Of a stretch of 64,000 nt of DNA, positions 25,542 through 36,979 are shown one piece after another. Location: assembly GCF_032191835.1 (NCBI RefSeq), contig NC_083240.1, positions 48,546,001 to 48,610,000 of the forward strand, written 5' to 3'. Below the pieces are notes generated by a model that worked only from the letters and a program-made list of their open reading frames with translations, made no database searches and was not told the DNA's origin. Origin of the DNA: Heteronotia binoei. Lineage: Eukaryota. The translations under genes and the position numbers were made by a program. The first letter of the stretch is position 1, and each line of letters opens with the position of its first letter.

Positions 25542-26679
25542 TTCCCCCTCCCTGCTCCGGGGGCCGCGCACGTCGTTCTGCAGCATGTGCCCGGGAGCAT
25601 GTGCAGAGGGCTTTTCTCTTGCGGAAAGAGCGGCGCGGGCTGGGGGAGCCGCTGCAGCCTGTGCTCGGGGCGGGCTGCGGCTGGGAGGGAGGGGGGGTTC
25701 TCCGTGCCGCCCCCCCCCCCCCGCGTGACGCAGCCGGAGCGTCTCCCTCCTCTCCGGGGGGGGGGCATTAAAAAAAAGCGAGAGAAGCGCTTCGTCCGGG
25801 ACTTCTCGGCTGTGCCACGAAAGCCTTTTGAAGAGGGAGTAGCTGGATTTCTTTCTTCCTTGCTTTTTTGAAAAAGCTGATTAATCAGATGAGTTTTTAA
25901 TAATAATTTATTGTTTGGCTGAACATCTGCACAAATTTTCCAATAAATCAAACTACTGTCCTAAAAGATTATTTTGTGTGATTGCTCAGAGACCCCCCTC
26001 AGAAGAAATATCCCACCCTTGTGCACCCACTCCTTTTCTCTGCAGGGCCCACCTGGGAAGGGGCATTCCACCTTAGGTGGGAGATGTGAAGAAGAAGAAA
26101 TGCTTCTGCTAAGAAGTTGGGGTCTCTGGAGAGGCATTTCACCCCATTCTTACTGTCAATATATATTTTAAGAAGTCTGTTGCCCAGCTAACTAGGTGCA
26201 TCTTTTTAATCAGACGTGTTGCTAGGGTGATGATGAGGCCAGAGTGTTGGTCAAGGCTTCTGGAGATCTGAATCCCACCCCTCACCCCCGGCCAGAAAAT
26301 GACCTTGGGAGAGCTGCTTTCTCTCAGTGTAACCTACCTCACAGGGTTGTTTTTTAGAATTAAATAGAGGAAGGGAGAATGATGTTGCAAATTGCTGTGG
26401 ATTCCCATTGGGGGAGAAAAGTGGAATAGAGATACATGAACACTGCCATCCAAGGCAGAATTGCATCCTTCTAAGGTCACCAAATGTCAGCAGGCTCTGT
26501 TTAGGGTGGCACCATAGATACAGCTGGTTGGTTAGTTGTCTGAACAGTTGCAGATTTGTGAGGAGCTGTGGATTCAGGAGATTTGTATGCCTCTTAGTTT
26601 AGCATGCACCACATGATTTCCCTTGAGCCAAGGGCCTTTTCTAGAACTCTGAATATGCCTGCAGGTATGTGCAGAATAC

Positions 26680-27050
26680 ATTGTCCAATGCCAACAAATA
26701 TGGAAAACGTAACAGTGGCCCACAGACAGGAAACAAGTTACATTCCATTCTGAAAAAAGGAGACATCAAAGACTGCAGCAACTGTCAGATTATCACATAA
26801 ATTTCTCATATGAAATTTTACAAGACAGTTACCATATATGGAATGAGAAATGCAAGACAGAGTGGGATGCCAAAACCACAAATCAGTGGGTTCTAGATCA
26901 AATCCTGCCTGAACTGTCTGTAGAAGCTAAAATGACCAAACTGAAGCTATTGTACTTTGATCACATTATGAGAAGACAAAATTCCCAGGAAAAGACAAGA
27001 ATGCTGGGAAAAGTGGAAGGCAGCAGGAAAAGAGGGATGGACTCCATCAA
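26680..27050 (+). mobile_element. old RTE/BovB-like LINE fragment with internal deletions
   Basis: Reads CQQIWKT.QWPTD...KKGDIKDCSN, then EAKMTKLKLLYFDHIMRRQNSQEKTRMLGKVEGSRKR. Confidence 0.7.
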
Positions 27051-27624
27051 TTAAAACAGCACTCCATATTATTAATAAACAACATCCTTCTTGACTTTGT
27101 TACTGCATCCTTCTTCAAAGGAGCTCAGGGTGACGCAACTGGAGGGGCTGTCTCATTTCCTCCCTAACAGCAACCCTGCGAGGTAGCTTACATTGGAAGA
27201 GGATGTTTGGGCCAAGGCCAGCCAGTAAGATTCACGAAGCCATAATGAGAATTCAAACCTAGGTCTGCAAGACGGACTGCTGCACAGCATTGACTCCTAG
27301 TGTATTATCTGGCATCACTGACATGCCAGATGTTTTAAGAGTCTCTGCTCCATGGAGCTTGTAATTTCAACTTCAGCATGCGCAAGAGGCAGTGAGAGGT
27401 GGAAAAAATGACCACAACAGGGGTAGAACTATGCATATTGTTTCATTCCATGTATTTGGGTTGGGAGTGAGATATAAAGGACTGCGGCAATGTTTTTCAT
27501 TCAAAGATGGTTTCCAGTGGTGCTTGGGGATCCTGGCCTGTCCACTCTTTGAAAGTTCAGCTTGGCTGTGCCTCTCTTTGGTGTCATATTTTGTCTGGAT
27601 ATGTGTGTGTGTGTGTGTGAGAGA

Positions 27625-27800
27625 GAGAGTCACAACTGACTTATGCAATCCTGTAGGATTTCCAAGGCAAGATACTAAAGGCAGTGATTTGCCCTTGCCT
27701 GCCTCTGTGGACTTCCCTGCTGATCTCCCATCCTGTTACTAACCAGGCTAATGTGGCTGAGTTGTTGTGATCTGATGAGACTGGGCTAGCCTGGACTGTC
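27625..27800 (-). mobile_element. 5S rRNA-derived SINE
   Basis: Minus strand ctcatcagatc...agcctggttagtaacaggatgggagatc resembles 5S boxes A/C; BovB-like tail (cttgccttggaaatcctacagg...ataagtcagttg). Confidence 0.55.
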
Positions 27801-27940
27801 CAGGTCTGGGCACGGGTGTGTCAGGGCAATTGACTGGGAGCTTAACTTGAAAGAATAAAAGGCAAGCAGAGAGATCCCTCCCAAGTATTCATTTGACAAC
27901 ATAATTGCAGTTTGATTTGGTGGCTAGAGAGGAGGGCAAT

Positions 27941-28540
27941 GAAGATGGTGAGGGGTCTGTGGAGACCAAGTCTTATAAGGAAAGGTTGAAGGAGCTGGGC
28001 GTGCTTAGCCTTGAGAGGAGACAACTGAGAGGTGATAGGATCACCATCTTCAGGTACTTGAAGGGCTGTCATATAGAAGATGGTGTAGAGTTGTTTTCTG
28101 GTACCCCAGAATGTCGGAACAGAACCAGTGGGTTGAAATTAAATCAAAAGAGTTTCTGGTTAAACATTAGGAGGAACTTCCTGACAGAGCAGTTCCTCAG
28201 TGGAACAGGCTTCTTCCTCCTCGGGAGGTAGTGGGCTCTCCTTCCTTGGAGGTTTTTAAGCAGAGGCTAGATGGCCATCTGACAGCAGTGCTGACCCTGT
28301 GAATTAGGCAGATCGTGAGAAGGAGGGCACAAAGGGTTGTATCAGTGCTTTGTTCTTGTGGCCCTTTCTGACATGCCAGGGAAACACTTTAGGGTCAGTC
28401 AGCAGTTTTTCTCCAGACCAGTTTGGTAACGGATCCTGGAGGTTTTTGCCATCTTCTGGTCACTGGGTGGGTGGATGTGAGGGGGAGGTATCTGTGGATT
28501 TTCTTTGGGGGATGACCCTGACAGCTCTGTGATTCTAAGA
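27941..28540 (+). mobile_element. CR1 LINE 3' fragment
   Basis: ORF 27905-28231 (SYKERLKELGVLSLERRQLRGDRITIFRYLKGCHIEDGVELFS) plus CR1 3' UTR. Confidence 0.85.
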
Positions 28541-30166
28541 TAGTGGGTTCAAATTCTGATGCATCCATGAAGCTCACTGGGTTATCTCAGGCCTCATTCT
28601 TTCTGGGTCTGGTCTACCTTACAGGATGGTTGTGGCAGCAGAAGGTATGGGGATGAGGTGAAGAGTTGCTTGCAGAATAAAAATGGTTGGATAAATAAAA
28701 ATCCATACTTCTGTGGTGTGGTGGTTGGGAAATGTGCCTCTTTCTTTGAGGTAGTACTCGGTTTGATGTGTCCTTGGGGCATTCTGGATTGCTGACCTGA
28801 GCTGCCCCATAATGTCTGTGGGGACTGTTCAAGTCTTTGGGCAAGCCAGGTATGGGGGCCTTATTTGGACACCTCAGTCTTCAACAGGGTCTTAATTTTT
28901 CTTGAGCTGTGGGAAACTTTGATCAGGTGCAGAAACAGAGCAAACAGAGCATTGTCCAAAAGCGTTGCTCAGAATATTTCAACTCTGCCTTGAACTAGTG
29001 AGGGACATCTCATACTAGAAGTAGGTTTCTGAAAGCAATTCTGCTCTTCTGGCTGTGCAAATGGGTGTTTTGTGGAGGCATGGAGTGAGGAGACTCCTGA
29101 AAGCCACTGGGCTATAGTGTAGAGAGTGCTGAGTGTGGATGTGGGTTCAAATTAGGGAGCCAACATTGTATGGTTTTTAGCCTACTTCTCAGGGTCGCTG
29201 TGAGGATAAATTGGTGAAAGGAAAACCATGTTCATTTCTCTAAGGTCCTCGGAGAAAAAGTAGAGTTTATATGTCAGAGAGAATCCTGACTCAACCCAAA
29301 GCTTTGCAGTTTGTTGATGGCTTTATTTATTGTACATTTAGATGGTTCTGCTCTGCTTTTCTCTCCAGAGGTGCTTCCAGTGTTCTCTCCTCCTCTGCGG
29401 CAGTCTCGCAAGAGTCCCGGGAGGAAGGGGTGGCTAAGGGGGGGGGGGGTAGGTGACTGGCCCAAGGACCCCCAGCAGGGGGCTTCCAGGGCAGACCAGG
29501 GAGGGGCCTTCTTGTCCAACACTCCAACCACAACTGCCATCCAGGCACCTGTGCAGATGGGGAGGGGTTTACCAGTGTATCCCACCCTGAGCTCTTTGGA
29601 GCCTGGGTGGGGAAACAAAACATGATGGATAAAAGGTGAGCATGGGATGATTCCTGTTCTGCGCATGCTGTTGATAATAGAATTAGAATCCATACTGACG
29701 CCCAACTGGTGCCACTTGGGGGTGGGGTAGCATACTTGGCCCTTGACCTGCTTCCTGCAGGCCTGCTCAGCAGGGAGGACCTCCCACCAGCGGCAAGCAG
29801 GCCAGCTTGTGCTTCACATCCTGCTGGGAAGATCCAAGTAACACCTCTGTGATCGCTGTCAAAACGGTCACTTCCCTATTAAGGATCCTTCTCGGTCCAA
29901 CTGGACGCTGCTCAGCTGTTATTGCACGGCTGGTTCCCTCTAAGCTCCACAGTGTTGTGAGCACAAATTCTACCTCATGAGTGGAAAAAGCTAGTGGCAT
30001 TAAAGTTGTGAGCAAGTCTACATTTGACTATCGCATAAATTAGTTTTTTAGAAGATTATTTCAATAACCTTGTAAACATCTCAGAATGAATTATTTTAAA
30101 CTATATTTTAAGAATAATTTAAACATAAGAGAAAACAAAATAACATCCATTTTCACCTAGCTCTTT

Positions 30167-30400
30167 CCACTATATTGGTAGACCTGTTCTCTGGACTACA
30201 GGCCTACCTGCCCCAGTCCACACTATATTGGTAGATCTTGCCTCTGAAGAACATGTCTACCTGCCCCAGTCCACTATCGTAGTAGACCTGGCCTCCAGAG
30301 AACAAATTACTCGCTTCAGTTCATTGTATTGGTAGACCTCGCATGCAGAGAACAGGTCTGCCCACCCGTTTCCACGATGTTGATAGATCTGGCTTGAAAG
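30167..30400. repeat. degenerate ~51-bp minisatellite, about 4.5 units
   Basis: Units start near 30167, 30220, 30271, 30321 and 30372; approximate consensus ccactatattggtagacctg...agaacaggtctacctgccccagt. Confidence 0.75.
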
Positions 30401-32496
30401 CCTTAGAAAACATTCCAGCACGTGGGGCGGGGGGGGGGGGGGGAGGAGCTCTTGCAGTCTGCTTTGTTGCAGCTTAAGTATAATGGAGGAGGAATAATCA
30501 TTGTCAGAAGAACCCTGCCTATCCTAGCAGGAAGTTGCTTAAATGTTATCAGTGTGCCCAAATTGCTTATTTATTCAGATATTTATATTCCACTTTTCCT
30601 TGTGACTCAAGGCAGCTTACAAATCATACTGAAAAGTGTAATATGTGTGTGCAAAAAAAATATCATTTTTCTGGCTCCATTGTAGCCTGTGGGAACCATT
30701 GTAGTCAATAGCTCCATAGGCTATAATTGATCTGAGGGTATCTGGAGCTTGAGGGCCCCTCTTTTTTTGAGGCAGAGGAACCAAATTTGCAGCACAGCTG
30801 CTGGTGCCTCTCAAAAACCTCCCCATGTTTCAAAAAGATTGGACCAGGGAGTCCAATCCTGTGGGCCCCAGAAGGAGGTGCCCTCATTGTCAGTGGAGGT
30901 TGTGAGCAGAAACAGAGCCAGTTGTGAGTGTTGGGACTGAACAGGTATCAACCAAGCAAACTCTCTTATGAAAACATAGGTAGAGTTTATTCGTTTTGAT
31001 AAAAGATTTAAACCAGCTAGCCCAGAGACTGGGTTTGTTAGGAATGAGACTAACTGTTATAGGCAGTGCTAAAATAGTCAAGTTGCATGGATAAATGTGG
31101 CTCCTCCACCCCTGCACCTTTTCACACACCCGGTTGTATCTCATCAGAAGACGCCACAGTTCTTTCCCTTCCCAGTTCCAAAGTCATGGGAGAGGTAGTC
31201 CATTCCAGGCTCCAGAGCCCTGTCTCTTTGGGCTACAAAACACCAGAACTAAATTACAAAGCAAAGAGCATCATCCCCCCCCCCCCCTTACAAGCATATA
31301 GGTACAATAAACGTGGCAGGAAGAATCCCCCACGGCAGGGCACAGTCCTGAAAGCACCAGCGCCCCCTAGCATGCATGGCAAATGCTGCGTTGCAGAGGA
31401 GCTGAGCTCTTACAAGGTAGTCTGCTTTGATGTTGACGCTCACCTCTTGCAAAGATTATCACAGGCTGTCTGTTGTGGGGTGGGGAAGGGAAGGCGATTG
31501 CAAGCTGCCCTGAGACTCCAAGTGAAGGGCAGGGTAGAAATCCAGTCTTCTCGTGACCTGTTTGTTTTAAGGTAGTTATATTGACCTTGCTTAAATTGCT
31601 TAAACTGTTTCCCTTTTGTGGTGTTTATTCTCAAATACTGAACAGCTAAACAACAAATATGATGTTGTAGGCTATGAAATTGCCATTAGCCAGTTTGGGA
31701 GACAGCTGAAATTGAGTTCCTTTCCTGACAAATAGGCTCTGTGTCAAAGTTACCTTTTTTAAAAAGAGAGAGAGAAAACCCAGGGAAATCTTTGCAGATG
31801 TTATCCTTGGGAACCATTTTAGGAGTTAATTTGTGGGTTTGGGTTTTCTGTGGCAGCATTACGGTCCCACTGGCAAGGGGTTTGTTTTGTTGATTAGGCT
31901 AGAAAGGCTGAGGGGTCATATTTCTGGAGCACCTGGCAGCTTCTTCCCAACCTTCCTCCTCTGTTGTGACAAGCAGCCGTGCTGGCAAATCCGCCCTCGC
32001 AGGAGCCGGTTGGTTTTTGAGGGACCTTGGCTGCCCTTTTCCTCCAGCAAGGGGGGCCTTCCTGATGTGGGGCGAAACTGGAGGGGGGCCCAGAATCACA
32101 CAGGGGAGGGGTGGTGCCCTGTGGGGGCTGCTGCCGCCAGGCCCCATGTGGAAGGAGGCTCTCCCTGCCCTGGAGGTGGCAAGGAGCTCTCTGGGAAGGG
32201 ATGGTTTTTGAAGTGCAGGGCCAGCCTCAGCCTCCCTGAAAGTGTGTGTGTGTGGGGGGGGCGCTGCTGGGCTCCATGTCTTCTTTTGCTGCCGCCGCCA
32301 GTAGTCCTGAGGGGTGCATGGTGGGGTGAGTGGGGCTGGCATGTGCAGGGAGTGGCCAGGAGCAGGGGGGCAGGTGGGGAGGGGGGACAGCTGTACAAGC
32401 AGAGGTGAGCATCCCCAGCCCCGAAGCCTGGATCCAGCCTTGCCTGGGGGAACTTCTCATGACAGGTTGAGATTTCTCCTCCCTGCTGGTTTTATT

Positions 32497-33736
32497 CCAG
32501 CTTCAAGTTTTTATTGAGTTTATATAAAAGGGAAAGGGAAAAAGAGGGGAAAATACAAAGAAAAAATAAAATATACACACTACAGTTATTTCTACTACAG
32601 AAAAAGCTATAAGGTTCATTATACTTGCAAGCTTCCATGTTTTAACCAAATATTACCATTAAATTCTACAAACATTTTGTGACTTTGTGTGTGTGAGTGT
32701 GATTTCTTACAAGTCTGTTGATCAAATTAAAAATCATATCCAGTTATCCTTAAGACCTATATGGAGGAAGAAGGAAAAGAACAAAAGTTCTTAATCTGTC
32801 ATACAGGTTTGTTTACTACCAACATATAGGATAGCTTCATAGTACAGCTATATAACTATCAATATTAATAAAAATAATTTTCAAGCTAAATGTAAAGAGC
32901 AGATCTCAGAATTATAAAGCACACCTATTATCTAAAATGCCATAAATTGACAACAGTACAATATAAACTTAGAGTTATTCAAAACTGATTAAACCATCTT
33001 GTAAACAAACATATGCCCAAATATCATAGTACTTATAAAAATAGCAGGGCGAACAAGAAATCCTATTTATTTATTTATGCCGATTTCTAGTCCGCCCTTT
33101 CCCAGATTGGGCTCAGGGCAGATTACAACATAATAAAATAATTAAAATCACATTATAAGACAATTAAATTTAAATAATCTGTCGTACAAGCTTGTTTACT
33201 ACTCAAGGGAGAGAGAATACAAATTCCACTAAGTTACTTTAGCAAGTTGCCTAAAAAAATCACCAAAAAAAGATTCTTCACATGATTAGAAATTCCTTTA
33301 AATTATTGTATGCTGAGATACATGTTTTAAAACTATTCAAATTAATTTACATTTATTAGGGATAGTACATACTCCATTTTTAAATCATATGCAGAAGAAG
33401 AGGGTAAAACAGAAAGCTTCGATAGATGCAGTAGAAAAAAAGATGCATTGCGAGATCGCTGAAGATAGAAAAAAGAAAAAACTGGCAGTCATCTCTGTTG
33501 CCATTTAAAAATGGCGATCGGAGCAGCGGTGCATTGCAGAGACAGCAACTCAGGGAGTCGGTTGCCACCAATCTTCCGAGCCGTCCGTTGATCTGCCTGC
33601 CACCCAAGACCCTCCCCGGGTCTTGGCATCGGGTCCCCCAGCCGAGAGACCCCCCCTCAACTGCCCAATTCAAGAGCAGCCATCGGGAGCAAGTCCGTGC
33701 CTGCTCTTAACTCTGAGGCACCGAGACCGGAAAACC
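32497..33736 (-). mobile_element. putative non-autonomous L1-like retro-insertion (CpG-rich 5' end plus AT-rich 3' part)
   Basis: 16-bp flanking duplication ccctgctg(g/a)ttttatt at 32481-32496 and 33737-33752; CpG-rich 33490-33736 with YY1-like motif; minus-strand AATAAA near 32510; no coding remnant recognised. Confidence 0.5.
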
Positions 33737-33749
33737 CCCTGCTGATTTT

Positions 33750-34340
33750 ATTTACTGATTCATTTATTAAATTTTATTTTGAACTTGCTGAGGGTGGTGT
33801 ACAACATAGTAATTCACAGTCTATAATAAAATAATTTGAAACCATAAAAACACAGTAATGAACTAAGAGATGGCTCTAAAAGTTTCAGTCGTGGCAGCTG
33901 CTTCATGGTGCGGGGGGGGGGCAGGGGAGAATGAGAATGGGGAATGTGAGTGTCAGAACACCTGATGGAACATCTCTGCATCGTTACAGGCCCTGCAGAA
34001 CACAGATGCCATTGGGCAGAGAGTTCCACCTGGTTGGGGCCAGGGCCAAGAACGCCTGGCTCTAGTTGAGGACAGCTCTCAGGCTGGGGACCACCAGTAG
34101 ATTTTGATCTACTGTGTGCTGTGCTCTTCTTGGGGGGTGGGAATCCCAGTGGTACACAGGTCCCAGACCATTAAGGGCCTTAAAGGGTCAACACCACAAC
34201 CTTGAACCAGATCCAGTTCTCCACCAGAAACCAGTGCAGGTCATGCAGCACAGGATGGATATGTGCTGTGCGGGGGGCCCTACTGCATTCTGCACTAGTT
34301 TGAGTTTCTGGGTCAGACTCCAGGGCTGACCCAGGAAGAG
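33750..34340 (-). mobile_element. L2 LINE 3' fragment
   Basis: (ttta)n tail at about 33750-33780, then gagttccacctggttggggccagggcc and accttgaacc...gaaaccagtgcag L2-type motifs. Confidence 0.6.
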
Positions 34341-34506
34341 TCTGAGGCTTGAGAGGCACTGTAGCCTAGTGGTTAGAGAGCTGAAGAGCTGGGGGAAAGT
34401 CTGAAGGTGTGTCAGGGCCCAAGGAAGTTATTGCCTGAAAGCAGAGAGAAATATGGGGGGAAGTCTGTGTGGGGGTGTTAAGGTAAGAATTCGTGCTATA
34501 CATTGT

Positions 34507-35268
34507 GCTTTATAAATGATTTGGATGAAGGAATAGAGATTTCATAAGCCTCTAGTACTCATTCCTCCATTGGGAAGCAAAACTGTCCTTGGAAAGCTTA
34601 TTAAATTTACAGATGATACTAAATTGGGAGGGGTTGAAAATACAGTAGAAGAAAGGATACAGGATGACCTTGACAGGCTGGAAAATTGGGCTAAAACCAA
34701 TAAAATGAATTTTAACAGGGATAAATGTAAAGTTCTGCATTTAGATAGGAAAAACCATCCAATGCATGGTTACAGGATGGGGGAGACTTGTCTTAGCAGT
34801 AATGTGCGAAAAGGATCTAGGGGTCTTGGTGGACCATACGCTGAACATGAGTCAACAGTGTGATGTGGTGCCTAAAAAGGCAAATGCAATTTTGGGCTGT
34901 ATCAATAGAAGTGCAAACTTCAAGTACTTGAAGGGCTGTCATATAGAGGATGGTGTGGAATTGTTTTCTGTGGCCCCAGAAGGTAGGACCAGAACCAATG
35001 GGTTGAAACTAAATCAATAGTTTCCAGCTCAACATTAGGAAAAACTTCCTGATCGTTAGAGCAGTTTCCTCAGTGGAGCAGGCTTCCTGGGGAGGTGGTG
35101 GGCTCTCCTTCCTTGGAGGTTTTTAAACAAAGGCTAGATGGCTATCTGTCAGCAATGAAGATCCTGTGAATTTGGGGGGGGGGGGGGAAGGTATTTGTGA
35201 GTTTCCTGCATTGTGCAGGGGGTTGGACTAGATGACCCTGGGGATCCCTTCCAACTCTATGATTCTAT
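34507..35268 (+). mobile_element. 5'-truncated CR1 LINE with internal deletion and 60-bp insertion
   Basis: ORFs 34570-34863 (LIKFTDDTKLGG...DDLDRLENWAKTNKMNFNRDKCKVLHL) and 34766-35020; ends cccttccaactctatgattctat, the CR1 tail. Confidence 0.9.
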
Positions 35269-35294
35269 CCCTAGAGTTGCCAACCATCAGGTGG

Positions 35295-36396
35295 GTGGCA
35301 GAAGAAAACCCCAAAAGGGTTTCGTGACAACCAGACTCACAAAGAAAAAAACTATTCAAATTACCCGTATTTTTCGCACCGTAAGGTGCTCCGGACAATA
35401 GGACGCACCTTCCTCCTGGGGGGCGATCCACTGCTTCCGATCCCGGTGCTTCCTCCGTGCTTGCCTGCCTGGCTCCAGCTCTGACGCTTACAGCAAGCAC
35501 CAGGATCGCTCCCTCTGCCTTCCGATCCCGGCGCTTGCTGTAAGCATCAGAGCTGAAGCCAGGCAGGCAGGCAGGCATGGAGGAAGCACCCGCCCCCTCC
35601 GCAAACCCAGTGCTTTGCGAGCGCCAGCTGTGGAGAGGGCAGCGTGCTTCCTCTGTGCCTTTCTGCCTGGCTTCAGCTCTGACGCTTTCAGCAAGCGCCG
35701 GGATCGGAGGGCAGAGGGAGCGATCCTGGCGCTTGCTGTAAGCTTCAGAACTGGAGCCAGGCAGGCAGGCGCGGGGGAAGCGCCGGGATCAGAGGTAGAG
35801 GCAGCGGACCGCCCCCCCCCCCCCGGAAGGTAGGTACCGGTACCTTCGCTCCATATGACGCACACACTTCCCCCCCACACTTTTTTGGGGGGGAAAGTGC
35901 GTCTTATGGTGCGAAAAATATGGTAATTTAAAAAGTTTCAACATTCTGTTATCACTCTCATACAAAATATTCCCTGACACATAAACACCAATATAATATT
36001 TTTAACACAGCTGGTCAAACCTTCTATCGAAATGAGGAAAGATAAAAATGCTACCTTGTCGCTGTGTTTGCTGTATTCCAAGACTATTGTACAAGACAAC
36101 TGAAGGTTGTGGAATTCTTACCATCATGTGGTCTCCTCAGGAACCTGACCAGGGATTCCTTTTAAGTGGAAGGACTGAACTATTCACATATGCATTTATG
36201 TTCTTCTTTTGCGCAAAGTATTAGTGTTTATGTGTCAGGAAATGACTTGTGAAATATTTTGTATGAGAGCGATAATAGAATGTTGAAACTTTCTAAATTA
36301 ATTTGAATAGTTTTTTCCTTTGTGAGGCTGGTTGTCACGGAGCCCTTTTGGGGTTTTCTTCTGCCCTCTCAGCCGTGATTCTCTGTTCGGATTGCA
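35295..36396. mobile_element. foldback element with ~140-bp inverted arms, flanked by a 14-bp direct repeat
   Basis: Left arm (35297-35363 plus 35926-35990) is the reverse complement of 36219-36365; caaccatcaggtgg at 35281-35294 and 36397-36410. Confidence 0.7.
35364..35923. mobile_element. Tc1/mariner-pogo (Tigger-like) MITE
   Basis: TIRs ccgtatttttcgcaccgtaag / cttatggtgcgaaaaatatgg, TA on both sides; internal GC-rich inverted and direct repeats; removing it restores the host arm (caaatta-attta). Confidence 0.8.
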
Positions 36397-36979
36397 CAAC
36401 CATCAGGTGGTGCCTGGAGATCTCCTGGCATTACAACTGACCTCCAGACAACAAAGAATCATTTTCCTTGGAGAAAATGGCTGATTTGGAGGGTGGAGTC
36501 TGTGGCGCTGTGACCCACTGAAGTCCATCTTCTCCCCAGACTCCCCCCCCCTGCCAAATCTTCAAGAATTCTCCAAACTGGAGTTGGTGGCCCCAGGCAT
36601 CCCAAAGTGACCAGGAAGTCTGCTGTATTGGTCTAACTGTAGGCCCTGTGTTGGCTTGAGGTCTCTTGCAGAGAAGCTGGCTTGTAGAGGGGTGTTTAGA
36701 GAGATTTATGGTGCAGCAAGGATGAGTGAGTGTATAGGGGATTCTGTGAAAAGACAGCAGTTTCCCACTCTTGGGGACGGAGGGAAGCAGGCCAGGGGCC
36801 ACTGGGAGGCACAGAATCTCTCTGGAGATCTGAGGGGGGGAGGGATAGGGAGTCTGCAGTGGGACTCTGTATATTTGTAAGTGAAGCAGAGATTTCATAA
36901 GCCTCTAAGTGCTCATTCCTCCATTGGGAAGCAAAGCTGTCCTTGGAACCTCCCGCCACTGTCAAGCAGACGGATTCAA

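Larger units (their letters stand above)
24990..25820 (+). promoter_or_regulatory. CpG-island promoter of SGSM2
   Basis: Very high GC and CpG density; E-box CACGTG 25154-25159; GC boxes about 25175-25220; full CRE TGACGTCA 25233-25240; Kozak ggcaccATG at 25316. Confidence 0.85.

Noticed and set aside
24564-25951. Long overlapping ORFs (up to 257 aa) on both strands
   Set aside because: Stop-poor CpG island plus an N run; only the 57-bp SGSM2 exon has protein similarity and a splice donor.
27700-27800. 5S rRNA gene
   Set aside because: Partial, heavily diverged and fused to a retroposon tail.
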